NCBI RefSeq assembly: GCF_006345805.1 | Contig: NW_021832835.1 | Span: 34,483 to 98,482 of the forward strand | Length of the DNA stretch: 64,000 nt | Source of the DNA: Octopus sinensis | Lineage: Eukaryota | Reading direction: 5' to 3' | Part shown: positions 1 through 12,290 of the stretch, piece by piece | How the letters are laid out: each line of letters begins with the position of its first letter | Numbering within the stretch: the stretch's first letter is position 1 | Program-made: the position numbers and the translations under genes | The notes under the pieces: generated by a model | What the model was told of the DNA's origin: nothing | The model's database searches: none | What the model saw: the letters and a program-made list of their open reading frames with translations, nothing else

Positions 1-1355
1 ATATATATATATATATATATTGTTATATTTCGGAATGGTCATATTGCACCCATTATGGCTATCGCCAAAAAAGCCACATGTATATAAGGCCACGCCTGCT
101 TCACTGATTTGACCCGTGGTGCAAGCAAGTTTCAAGTGCTTGATTCTAGCCTCCACGCGTGAAGGTGTCTTACAGAGAGTACGTCGAGAGGCGGCCAAAA
201 TGGCAATTGTGCAGCAGGATCACCCTGATTATCAGAGCGAGAGGAACTGAAGTTAAAAAAAGAAAAGAAAAAGCTGTTCAAACTAGATTGCTAAGATCAG
301 TCATCAAACTGGAATGTGTGGAGAAGAGTAACCAGAAGCTAGCTACTCCATAACATACGGTTTCCGAACGATGTATCATAATAGTGCCACTACTTCTTTT
401 TTTCCAGACCAACAGCAAAAGTTGCTAAGAATGAGGGCAAGAGAAAAGTAAACAAAAACCAGCCCAGTACCTTAAATTTTTATTTTTTACTGCGATCACG
501 ATAAGTTTTGTTTTATTTACACGAATATTCGGCAATCTTTTAGCTGTTAGAAATTTTAATCCAATTAAAAAATATTTAAACGTATATATATGTATATATA
601 TATATATAAATAGAAAACAGTAGTGCTCAAATAATTTGAACTTGTACTTCGAGACCTTTATTGAGGACCAAGTCCGCGGAGTACAGACTTTGTAATTCCC
701 TAATTACGATTGACCTTATGTTACAACTTGGTTACAACATATCTTTCCCACTAATACTATCCTTTCTGCTAAATACTCCTTCTTAAGATTACCTTTGCCC
801 ATTCCTCTTACTCTGCACCCTCCTCCTTAAACTCACCTCATCCTCATACTTTGAATTCTCTCCTCATCCTCTCCCAGTTCCTCCTCAATCAAAAACACCT
901 AGCACTACCTGCTACTTCCTTCCCTACAAACCTATCCACACCTCTCTATCCATCTCCCTATATTTACTCTCATACACTTCTACATACTTCAGTACTCTCC
1001 TCCTTATCTCTTCTTGCCCTTCCTTGTGTCACCGCCCTCTCCACACCCCCACCGAGCTATCACTACTCCTTGTCTTCCACTTCACCCATTCTACCTTCAA
1101 ATTTGCCTGTATCATGATCAATATTATCAGATGTTTTCCCCTCCCTCCTGAAGACGGCAGCCGGATTCATCCAATGCTTATTTGCTTCCATTACTGTCTG
1201 CATCTTCTGGTGAATTACATCTGTCAACATTATGAAGTAACTCCGAGCCCCCAGAAAAAGCTGTCTGACTTGTAACACCATACCTTCTCTCTATTTTTCT
1301 GTGACTGTGTAAGCTTGCTCTATTGATAAATAAATATCTATATTTTTATCATATA

Positions 1356-1755
1356 CTAGCAGTATCGCCCGGCGTTGCTCGGGTTTGTAAGGGAAATAAC
1401 TATATAAGCATTTTAGAGATGTAAAATGTAATAGCCATCTCAATATGGCTAACCACAAAGGGGGGGGGGGTTGTTACTGTAGCTTTTTACGTTCTGAGAT
1501 TTAATAATAAATTTTTAGAGAGTTACTTCCCTTATATATGCCAAAAAATGCATTAAAAATGGGAAAAGTATGATGGTAATTCTTTTAAAATCGTAGACTC
1601 ATCGTAGACGCGCGCTAATACCCAGAAGGGCTCGATATGAATCACGACTATAAGATACCCGGTTTTGGTTAAACTGCACCGCAAAATGTGGGAGTAGTTA
1701 GGAATCTAAATCGTAGGAGACAGACAGCACACAACCTTACTTTTATATATAAAGA
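1356..1755 (-). mobile_element. Non-autonomous Helitron (400 bp)
   Basis: On the minus strand it starts TC (TCTTTATATATAAAAG) after a host A and ends CTAG before a host T. A GC hairpin (cccg..cggg, 1368-1383) lies 8 nt from the CTAG end. There is no TSD. This is canonical Helitron terminal architecture. Confidence 0.85.
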
Positions 1756-2024
1756 TTTAACAGAAGGAACAGAGTGACTCATTGTATGACACTTTCGTGC
1801 GTTAGAACTCATCCTACTAACGCTTGACACTCTACTACCTTCAATCACTCTTTTGCTTCTGCTAAATGATAATAAAAATATACACACACTCATGTTTAGA
1901 GTTCTATTTTTCCTGTTTGCATCACCATAACTATACAAATATCGATATATTTAAACTTCACCATTCATCGTCTCAACAATTTCAGTCTTTGCTTTTCTCT
2001 ATATTTTTCAGGTTTATTTATTTT

Positions 2025-2091
2025 GTACATCAAACAAACTGGTTTTATTTGTTTATTTGAATCATTCTCTCTCTCTTCTCTCCTCTCTCTC

Positions 2092-2145
<54 letters not shown>

Positions 2146-2157
2146 CGCTTTCTGTTG

Positions 2158-2212
<55 letters not shown>

Positions 2213-2240
2213 CATAATATCTGTATATATCTGTTCAGTT

Positions 2241-2275
<35 letters not shown>
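2025..2275 (+). repeat. Local direct duplication (partner 3622-3790) with embedded (CT)n/(TA)n/(CA)n
   Basis: gtacatcaaacaaact(g/a)gttttatttgtttatttg..tcattctctctc..tcgctcgctttctg..(TA)n..catccataatat occurs at both loci, with different microsatellite lengths. Confidence 0.8.
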
Positions 2276-2276
<1 letters not shown>

Positions 2277-2299
2277 GCGTACATATATAGGATGTGTGT

Positions 2300-2490
2300 G
2301 TCATTGCATTTGGCTCTATCACCGCTTGACAAACGCTGCTGGTCCTTTTCGTCCCTGTAACTTAGTGTTTCGGCAAAATGAAGCGATAAAGTAAATACCA
2401 ATTTTAATAAAGTACTAGAGTTTTTTTGGGGACTAAACCCTTCAAGGCACTGCCCCAGTATGGGCGAAGTTCAATGACTGAAACAATACA
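2300..2490 (+). mobile_element. SINE family A, 3' half (diverged)
   Basis: caccgcttgacaaac..gtccctgtaacttag..ttcggcaaaa..tgccccagtatggg..aatgactgaaac matches the tail of the family A copies (e.g. 32410-32605). Confidence 0.7.
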
Positions 2491-2919
2491 AAGAAAAGAA
2501 CATACACACACACACACCCTCTCACTCTCACACACATGTACATCCATTCTCTCTTTCTCTCCCTCATATACACGCGCACACACAAAGGTACTCTCTCTTT
2601 ATCTCACTCTGTCTTTATCTCTCTCTCTCTCTTTATATATATCTCTCTTTATCTCTCTCTCTCTCTCTCTCTCTCTGTCCTCTCTCTCACACATATTCAA
2701 AATGTACAATGCTAATTTTTGATAAGGACGGACCTGAATGCTTGGTTACTTATTTAACAGACTCGAAAGTATGGAAAGCAAAAACCTCATCACTTCAGAT
2801 TTTCTTTTTCACAACCCTGGAAGTTGTTGTCTGTATTTCAAGTATGGAAGAATTTTGGCACAAGGCCAGCAAATTTGCAGGTGAGCGTGAATCGATTACA
2901 TCAGTTCTAGTGTTTCAAC

Positions 2920-3056
2920 TGGTTCTTATTTTATCGATTCTGAAAGGATGAAAGGCAAAGTCAACCTCGCCGGAGTTTGAACTTAGAAAGCAAAGACGGA
3001 CGAAATGCCGGTAAGTATTTTTTTCCGGCACGGTAATGATTCTGCCAGCGCGATGC
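2920..3056 (-). mobile_element. SINE family B (tRNA-type head), diverged
   Basis: gaaaggatgaaaggcaaagtcaacctcgccggagtttgaac..tctgccagc is homologous to the TSD-bounded copy at 26018-26226. Confidence 0.75.
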
Positions 3057-3569
3057 CTCAAGTTCTATTGACACCAATTTAACTGTTGGTTTTGTTAAGT
3101 CGAAGTCCTGTGATCAACGAAACTTCACCTCTGACCATTCTGTCTCTTTAGGACTATATTTTTAATGTGTACTTTCTTTAAGAGCCTGGATGTGATTTTG
3201 AGTAAAATTTCGTCACTATTTCTGACAACGCCAATGCAGAGGCTCCTCATTGGGTCACAGTTTATGAAACCGATCGTATCTCACTGTTATTATAGAAAGT
3301 GCTTACGTCCACACGACATACAAAACAACGAAACAGTTTCTACTATGAAAAAAAGAACCAAATCTGCGTCATGTCACGACTTATCTCATGAACAGATGAC
3401 ATTTATTACATGTTTGCGTCACAGATATCATTTAGTGATGGTCACGGCTGGAAGAATCTTGGATTTTGTGTGAATTCGATCAAATCTTTCTCAAATCACA
3501 ACTTATCTTATCTATGTATCTGTCTGTCTGTCCGTCCATCCGCCTGTCTGTCTGTCTATCTGTCTGTCT

Positions 3570-3603
<34 letters not shown>

Positions 3604-3692
3604 CAGTCCGTCCATCCATCAGTACATCAAACAAACTAGTTTTATTTGTTTATTTGCATCATTCTCTCTCCTTCTCTCTCTCGCTCGCTTTC

Positions 3693-3737
<45 letters not shown>

Positions 3738-5149
3738 CCATAATATTTGTACATTTACACACACACACACACACACATATATATAAATATATCTATTATG
3801 TTATAGATATTCCTGAAAACAAAATGAGAGTAATGGTTACTACTTGAAAACCCTTCGATTATATGTGAGAATTCGATCAGAGCTGACTGGAAAGCAAAAC
3901 AACAACGCACAGTGCAAAGAGGTTGTGATCCACGGATCTCTCGCTTGCTTATCTCTTATTCTTAGGACTCGGTTAAGCGACCTCTCTTATTCACACATAC
4001 ATGAAACTATTGTGAGTTTCTGCTGTACAGACACGCGCACACATACATGCATCCATACATTCGCACATACATACACGTATACACATACATGCATGCATAC
4101 ATGTATACAGACACATATATATTGATACAGAAATATACATATATATACATGTATATATTACACACCCCACACATAAATAATATATATCTATATATACATA
4201 CATACACACACATATATACGTACATATATGCACTATATATTCATATATATTTATATACAAGCGGGTATATATATATATATGTATATATATTATATATATA
4301 TATATATATATTAGATTGATAGATATAAATATAATATACATCTATATATTACACATAGACACGCGAATATAATATGTGTATATATATATATATATATATA
4401 AATGTACTATACATATAGGTATCTCTATCTATCCATCTGTGTATCTTTATATACATACATACGCACACGCACGCGTACACACACACACATATACATGCAT
4501 ATACGCATAACTATATATATATACAATGTTTACACTGTTAATTGCCAAACTAAAACTGCTCTTCCTTAGAGATAAACTCAAACCATTTCCTAAATGGAAA
4601 TGCAAATATGCAACGGATTCATGTACAAATCAAAATGGTCCCGGAGTAGCAATCAAAATATATCACGGCATCGATTAGTCAACATTGAGAAGCTTTCATC
4701 TTCACTTTAAAATTGATAGATATTATCGAATGATAATCGTTATCATGGTGATGTCATTCATGTTTTGTTTGTGTTGTTTGTTTTTGATTGATTTTCTTAT
4801 TGTCAGTCGATGATTGTGTCACGGCTGTGTTCATTTCGCTTTAAATAAATAAATTAACATATCTCCGTAGAGAAGACATTGCATCGTCAGATCGATGGAA
4901 GTTATGGAGAAATTGGAGAAATGAATAAATGCATATGTTTATAAAGACACACAAATATACACCTATGTGCATACATACGTAATACATACACACATGCATG
5001 CATACATACATACATACATACATACATACATACATACATACATACATACATACAAACATACATACATACATACATGCACATATGTATACATACATACATA
5101 TATGCATACGTACATGCATATATGCATACATACATACATACATATATAC

Positions 5150-6530
5150 AGTAGAACAAAAACATCGAGTGCTCCATTTCTCGTCCGGTTGCAATCATCA
5201 GCTGAGCGCTGTGCTTCGCTGAGATTTCGGCCCATTATACTCAGTATCTCTCCACACTGTGGGCCCACAACAGTTGGACGTACTGCGTTACAACCAGACT
5301 CGAACGCAACCAATCCACAGATGTAACCCTTCTCCCGAATCTCAGCTACCAGCTCTTCATAGCCCAAAAGCTTCCGCTCATGGGCCTCAGCAATGCTCTC
5401 CTCCCATGGCACAGTCAGCTTTCCAAGGACCACACGTCTCTGACCCTCATCTACCAAAACCAGGTCGGGCCAGAGTGCTGACACCACAGTGCTTTCAGGC
5501 TATGGCTTGTCCACAAACACATCCCATTTTCTGTCTTTGGCCTGCTGAAGATTCTGCCTCTTTGGCCTCACACCTTGCTTCACAAATGCTCTCAGTTCAA
5601 GCACTCGCCTCTGTCTTGCAGCTGAAGCAACAACGTTTACCACTAAATTATGTCTAAATGTATACCATCCAGACTGGAATGCTTTGGGGCAAGCTGACAG
5701 CATGTGTTTGAGGCTGCCATACTTCCCGCACATGTGGCACTGTGGACTCTCTTGGATACCTCATTTTTTGAGATTTGCTGGAGACGGATGCACATCACAT
5801 GCAGTCCGGATCAGAGCTTTCAAATGCCCTGCACTCAACCGCCACCAATCAGATCACTTCAACTCCAGCTTTTCGACATCATCCCAATTCAGCCACTGAC
5901 CCTGATGTGCTTGTTGCACTGCGTGACCCAGATGCCTATCATCTTTCAGTTGCCTTACTTGTTGTTCACGTAGCTTCCGATGTTCTTGTTCACTTGACTC
6001 AGACCAGAATCTGGGAAACTGGAGCATACCTTGGTTGACATAAAGGGCGTAAGAATGAAAGGCACTTCGAAAGGAGGAGCCACTTCATTACCATCTCATT
6101 GATCTTATGTTCAATTGTTTCGATCCTCGTTTGAGAAACTTCATACACAACTATGGGCCACAGCAGTCTTGGGAGCAACCCAAAATTCATGCATCACACC
6201 TTGAACTTCTCTGGCAAAGTTGCTTGATCAATGCTCTTTAGCCTTGTCTCTGCAGTTCAATACCACGATGTCTATCTGTGAGGGGAAAACTGTACCATCT
6301 TCCCAGACTTTTGACACCTTGCTCATGAACAGTTGGTATTTGCTCTCCACCGATGCTGCAAACCAAATTCACGAGCGATCCACCCTTAGGTGAAAAAGAT
6401 CTGACTCCAGCTGATCAATTCAGACAATCTATTCAACACGTCTCTGGCAACGTTGATAATGTTGAGATCATCCATGAACGCTCTCAGTTTTACTTCACTT
6501 TGGTTGAACCTGTGCTCAGGCTTTAAGCCC
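5150..6530 (-). mobile_element. 5'-truncated HERO-clade RLE non-LTR retrotransposon relic (RT, CCHC knuckle, restriction-like endonuclease)
   Basis: Minus-strand frames give KLRAFMDDLNI (RT catalytic motif), KSLGRWY, FGLLPRLLWPIVVYEV, CGKYGSLKHMLSACPKAFQSGWYTFRHN (zinc knuckle) and WPDLVLVD..LTVPWEESIAEAHERKLLGYEEL (PD-(D/E)xK endonuclease). These are HERO-type motifs. Multiple stops and frameshifts; 3' end abuts (TATG)n. Confidence 0.85.
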
Positions 6531-6599
6531 CTCACTATGATCACCGCCTTAATTCTTATAGATTAACATTTTTACTTTTTAAAGTTTGTTAAAGTTTTA

Positions 6600-7080
6600 C
6601 GACTGGATGTTAGTCTATAATCAAGTGAGCAGCACTGCTGCTCCCATTTGACGTCATTACTCGTAAGCATCACGAAATGCCTAGTCTCACATGTAACTGT
6701 CGAGACACTGAAGCTTGCCCACTTGACGAGTCGTGTATGATAAACTCCGTCGTCTATGAGGCAGAAGTCACAGCAATGCTTCAAGATAACCCAACTGAAG
6801 AGAACGATTATATTGCGCTATGCGAAGACGATTTCAAAAGATGCTATGCAAACTACCTATCTTTGCGAAACATCGAACAAAAGTAAAACCTCTAAGTTAG
6901 CTTCCCACGTATGGGGTTTGAAGACCAACGGCACATAACATACAATCAAGTGGAGAAGTGTAGAAAAATCCATTCCATATGTAAATGGATCTAAGAAATG
7001 CAACATACGCGTAGTTGAAAGATCACACATTCTTTTTAGACTGAAGAATTCCAGCGTACTACTTTATTCCAGATAAGAAA
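6600..7080 (+). mobile_element. Penelope-like element fragment, GIY-YIG endonuclease region (decayed)
   Basis: TCNCRDTEACPLDESCMINSVVYEAEV..YIALCEDDFKRCYANY..TSKLASHVWGLK..IKWRSVEK..NGSKKCN matches the CNCR..CPL.G.C..VVY.A.V / Y.G / FK.R..NH pattern of Penelope C-termini. Confidence 0.8.
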
Positions 7081-7757
7081 TGTTTAGCAAATGCACGCAT
7101 ATTAACAAGTTTCTTTTCTTTTTCTCTGGATTGAGCTGCAATCTTGCAGATGTTGGATCCCTTTGCGTAGAATTGTTCTACAACTAGTGTAATTATGGCT
7201 CTTATTGACAAAGGTGACGTAACTCTAATTTTCTTTCTTTCTTTTCCGTTTTCATTCATCCTTCTTTTTGCATAAAACTACTTTTTTCCCGTGATTTCTC
7301 ATGTACCAGCTTGCGGATTCTGAAAAAGAATTGACCATATATTCAGAGCCTGATGATTTCTTGGGAACGCAAGGTGTGTCATAAAAGCCCAGCCTAGACA
7401 CGTGTCTCCAAAGCAAGGAACTATTACTAGCTTGTATCTATAGTGTCTACATTAAATGATATGTATATATATATATAATTATTATAAAGGGTTAAAACAA
7501 GTTGCTCAAAACCACATACCGAAAATATTAGAAATAGCAGCCAAATAGGTCACCATTACTACTACTAGAAAAATAAGTCTCCACAAACAAACAGAATTTG
7601 TAACCCGTATATGGTAAAGAGAAAGAAGATACGAAATCCCAGCCTATTTGGATTAATTATGGACGAATTCGTTTCTGGATTAGAATCGAAAGTTCATTTC
7701 CTTATCAACATAATATTTCCTATAAATCTAGAAATGCTAGGAAAAAACTCATCCATT

Positions 7758-7891
7758 AGGTTTGAAAATGCAATTTTAAAAGATGTTTATTTACTTTACC
7801 GGTTTCACTTTTTAGAAAAAGATTGTCATTTTTCTAAAAAGTGAAACCGGTAAAGTAAATAAACATCTTTTAAAATTGCATTTTCAAACCT
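7758..7891. repeat. Perfect inverted repeat, 63-bp arms, 8-nt loop
   Basis: 7758-7820 is the exact reverse complement of 7829-7891; the loop is gattgtca. Each arm carries GAAACCGGTA. Confidence 0.95.
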
Positions 7892-8224
7892 TCTTTCATA
7901 TATAATTCCACTCGTGCGGTACCTTACAACTCCACTTTGTTTTATATATACTAGATATACCCGCCATGACCACTCCAAGTTGAAAATGTCGATGCGCAGC
8001 GGGAAAGGAAAAAACAATTTTGAACTTCATGTAATAAAATTCTTAAATAATACAGTTCTCTTGCTTTTGGTGTGACAGCATAAACAACCAAGTGTTTCTT
8101 CTTTGAAAGCGTTCCACTTTTAAAGGTTTGTCTGTGATATAAAGGACACCTAGATTAGCTTTCGAAAGAGTAGTAGTGGAATATATATTCTCGTAGTTGG
8201 GTTGGGCTTGTATTCTTTTATTTT

Positions 8225-8447
8225 TTACTTGTTTTGTCATTTGATTGCGGTCATACTGGAGCACCACCTTTTAGTCGAGCAAACCGACCCCAGGACCTAT
8301 TCTTTGTAAGCCTAGTACTTATTCTATCAGTCTCTTTTGCCGAATTGCTAAGTTACGGAGACGTAAACACATCAGCGATGTTGGGGGGACAACCACACAC
8401 ACACACACACACACACACACAACACACACACACACACACACACACAC

Positions 8448-8489
<42 letters not shown>

Positions 8490-8530
8490 CATTCATATAT
8501 ATATACAACGGGCTTCTTTCAGTTATTCGC
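8225..8530 (-). mobile_element. SINE family A, 3' half plus internal (CA)n/(TA)n
   Basis: gtcatttga.tgcgg.cat.ctggagcaccaccttt agtcgagcaaa..cgggcttctttcagtt matches the family A consensus seen in more than 10 copies. Confidence 0.85.
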
Positions 8531-8644
8531 TTTCCACGGCCTAAAAGTGACCAAGATTACAAAATTGCCTTGTACGAGATGCCGGTCCGTTGCAGGGTTA
8601 AAATCCAGAAAGTTTGTTGATTGACCACCGGACTTGGTTGGACT

Positions 8645-8770
8645 TTGTTTTGTCGACCTTGAAAGGATGAAAGGCAAAGTTTACCTCTGCAGGATTGAAC
8701 TCAGAAGTAAAGAGCAGGAATAAGTATCGCAAAGCATTTGTCAGACGCACTAACATTTGTGCTAGCTTGC
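8645..8770 (-). mobile_element. SINE family B, diverged
   Basis: gtcgaccttgaaaggatgaaaggcaaagt..gaactcagaa..gctagcttgc. Confidence 0.7.
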
Positions 8771-8859
8771 CTTTTCATCATGCCTGGTTCTAATCTCTTA
8801 AAACGCATTTAAAAATGATTTTCAATCAGTGAAATGAGTGCGCGTCTTACGATAATCTA

Positions 8860-9600
8860 ATTACAGGCAAGTAGTCTGTATAGATTTACTTTCCGATGTC
8901 GAAGGAAGTCTTATAAAGTTGGTGATTGATTCTAGAAGAATATCTCTTGGAGAGCATTGACTTGGATAAGAAATAACCAAGAACGAGTTATTAAGATCGT
9001 ATCAGAAACAAATGGCGGAATATTACATATTACTCTCAGCAAAGAAGCATCGTACTATTTATTTCATGGGAATATCATCTTTAAAAACCGTATTTGATGG
9101 CAGAGGGCACACTTTTTCAAAACAAGTCTCAAAATAAAAAAAAGAAAAAGATCACCCTGGGCCTTGTATACGAAGTTAGGTTTAAAATACATTCTTTAAT
9201 CCATTACTTAGACTTTAAGTTGGTATACCGCTTTATTTTTAGCCTTTCTTTTTGCTCTTGTAAAAATGACCATGTCATATCGATTACAATTCCTTCTGTC
9301 TTTTTGTCAACGATTGCAACAGAGAGCCTGCTGTGTTTGTCCTCGGTTTCTATAAGAAAGTTCTACAGTCATCTCAGTTCATTATTTTCGAATACTGGCA
9401 ATTGATGCCCACAAAATGGTTTTTTCCTCTTCTGTCGGGAGGCAAAAATAAATTTCTTTCAAAACTTTCAAGTGAATTATTGCAGCGACACCCTTTTTGC
9501 ATTTATTCTTCTCAAAAGCTCCACCTCACCATATTCTTCGGTCTTCTCCATCCGTTTTGCAATGCCGTACTTCGTTCTCCCTCACAAACTGCTTTATGGT
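8860..9600. mobile_element. Very old R4/Dong-like LINE debris (two pieces, opposite strands)
   Basis: The minus strand gives GVAAIIH..EEKTILWASI..AIVDKKTEGIVIDMTW, resembling the ILWD..PDI.VDKK..IIDM endonuclease block. The plus strand has LHG/AEGTLFQ-like remnants. Heavily interrupted. Confidence 0.4.
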
Positions 9601-9639
9601 ATTCAGAACTCAGACCCCATTCCCCGCTAACAACTTTGC

Positions 9640-9785
9640 CTTCCATCTACCAAATCCTCTCACAAGGTTTTAGTTGACTTGAGGCCAGAGTAGAAAACAC
9701 TTGCTCGAAGTACCATGCAGTGGGACTGAACCCAGAACCATGTGGTTGGGAAGCAAGTTTCTTATCACACGGCCACGCCTGCGCC
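9640..9785 (-). mobile_element. SINE family A, 5' tRNA/CORE-like head
   Basis: Reverse complement reads aggcgcaggcgtggccgtgtgataaga..ccaaccacatggttctgggttcagtccc..: A-box/B-box-like Pol III head. Confidence 0.8.
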
Positions 9786-9835
9786 TATTTTATGCGCACT
9801 TATTTCAATTTTTGAGTAGCAGATGTTTTCATGTG

Positions 9836-9866
<31 letters not shown>

Positions 9867-10461
9867 ATGGATATTTGTCGATATATACATATACAATTAT
9901 TTATATATAATATACATTTACATTAATGCTTGTTTTTATATAAAAGTTCGTAAGTATATTATTAACATACACGCGCACACATTCATACATATATAAACAT
10001 ATAGATATATACGCATAAAGTCCTTGTGTGTGTAGTTTAAGGGTATATAAATGTGAGCTTTTAATTACATACCTGTATTAATGTTGTATATAAATTCTCG
10101 CACATATTCAGCTGTTTTCTTATTCAGGGAGATAAGAAAACAATGGAAAGCCACAGTTTTAATGAAAGGAAGGGAAAGTGAAAAAAGAGAAAGTGATTTC
10201 AAGTGTATTTCTGGTGTGTAAAGTCGTCACAGATTAAAACGCTGTCTCTGTTTACAGTCAAGATGGAGAGTAAAAATTCCCAATTTTATTTTATAATCCG
10301 CGGGAGATTTTCTAGATTTCTATGAAACACAACGATTCAGGTTTTCTCGTTCCTCAGCAGTTTATGACTCCACAAGCTGCTCCAACAATCCAAACTCAAA
10401 TATAAAATACATATTTCGCCTAATGTTTATTCATGGTTTGTGTGAGTAATAAATGGCAGAG

Positions 10462-10515
<54 letters not shown>

Positions 10516-11002
10516 AGAGTTAAACAAAAGAAGTAAAACAAAAGAAAACGAAAAAAAAACCCAAGGCAACATAATTATTAGTCGAAACATTTTCTCTGTA
10601 GAGCAACCCTATAAAAATGTCTTACCATGAAATCAGTCTCGGCCAAATGACAAAAACGAAAGCAAAAAACCAGACGAACACTTTCCATTCAAGTAACGTC
10701 ATGAAATGATATTATTAAAATCTGATATGGAAGGTTCGAGAAAATAATCCAAGAACAAGATAAACAAAAATCAATGCAGAGCACAATTGTGTTCGATTCT
10801 CATTAATTCCGAAATAAACCACTCCTGTTATTTTGAACGGCAACATGTGTGCATTATCAGGTTTAATAAGGAGCACAGACTCAACAAACAAGAAACAAAC
10901 AAGAAACAATGGAATGGAAGTAGACATGTTTTAATGTTTATTCTCGCACGATTTAAAGAAACTAATAAATCAGCAAGAGAGATATATAGGAAAACACAGG
11001 CA

Positions 11003-11088
11003 AATAACAATAATAATAATAATAATAACATAATAATAATAATAACAATAATAATAATAATAATAACAATAATAACAATAATAATAAC

Positions 11089-11120
<32 letters not shown>

Positions 11121-11305
11121 TAATAATAATAATAAAAATAACAATAATAACAATAATAATAATAAAAATAATAATAATAAAAATAATAACAATAATAATA
11201 ATAACAATAATAATAATAACAATAATAATAATAATAATAATAAATAATAATAATAATAAAATAACATAATAATAATAATAATAAAAATAATAATAATAAT
11301 AACAA

Positions 11306-11337
<32 letters not shown>

Positions 11338-11398
11338 TAATAATAATAATAAAAATAATAATAACAACAATAATAATAATAATAATAACAATAATAAC

Positions 11399-11442
<44 letters not shown>

Positions 11443-11488
11443 CAACAACAATAATAATAATAACAACAACAATAATAATAATAATAAT

Positions 11489-11519
<31 letters not shown>

Positions 11520-11521
11520 TA

Positions 11522-11555
<34 letters not shown>

Positions 11556-11582
11556 GAAGAAGAAGAACAACAACAATAATAA
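11003..11582. repeat. Compound (AAT)n/(AAC)n microsatellite, about 580 bp
   Basis: Direct inspection; it explains the poly-L/I/Y/N ORFs. Confidence 0.95.
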
Positions 11583-11804
11583 AACATGGCGACTGTAGTT
11601 GTTAGCTCGATATTCATAAATGTATCAAATTATTTCCGGATAACCGTATATAATTACTGTTTATGAGTATTACACAATGTCGGTAACAATGCAATCGAAT
11701 ATTTTGTGCAGAAGGTATCGAAACATTTTTATTGTACCTCGGGTGGTTTATTTTGACAATATGAATATACGCGCTGTTTTACATCCAACTTCTTCTTATT
11801 AATA

Positions 11805-12290
11805 ATATTATTATTGAGTGGGAGAGCAGCGCATGCCATCAAAGTGACACAACGGGACAAATAAGCAAAATATAGCCATCACGACTCCCTGTCTGATTAG
11901 GGAACACCAGGCACGTGCATCACAGCCATATGAGCACAACATGCTGATCTCATATCAAGATAAACAGCATATGATGCTGCAGGTGGGGGTCTAGTTAGAA
12001 TATTTTCAGGTAGTGTAGCACTTCCCAAACAAAAGGTTGGTTAAAGATGATGAACGAAACACCATGTTTTCAGGAGGGAATTATTCAAACCTCAAAGAAT
12101 TCCTCTTTACACATGGCTATGAAGCTCCTCAACTACTCTTGCATGCGATCAGAGATGCATGTATCGTGCACAACTAAGAGACATACCCAACTGGTTAAGG
12201 TCAAGAAACTGGTAAGCAAATCCGTGATATTGAACAGAATACTTGCTGCCGTCCATCTTTATAATAATTTACCAAGTTCGGGCGAGATAT
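11805..12290 (-). mobile_element. Dispersed repeat family C (LINE 3'UTR/SINE-like with (AAT)n tail), diverged copy
   Basis: Homologous to 14263-14632 (gcatgccatcaaagtgacac..gcaggtgggg..gaacgaaacacc..attattcaaacc.aaagaattcctc). Confidence 0.7.

Noticed and set aside
1145-1200. CTGAAGA followed by cggcagccgg: possible hammerhead
   Set aside because: No stem II closure with GAAA downstream.
21-1277. TGTTA...TAACA ends suggesting a solo LTR
   Set aside because: Only a 5-bp terminal match, no TSD, no second LTR or PBS; the interior looks like a patchwork of unrelated repeats.
7345-7385. CTGATGA..GGAACGC after the GIY-YIG relic
   Set aside because: GAAA is mutated and stems I and II cannot be paired convincingly; at most a dead remnant.
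10787-11617. Long ORFs of 160-230 aa (also at 32552-33436, 39188-39773, 53635-54362, 57127-58256, 59434-59982 and others)
   Set aside because: They are translations of (AAT)n, (AAG)n, (AG)n, (ATCT)n and (CATA)n microsatellites with no protein signal.
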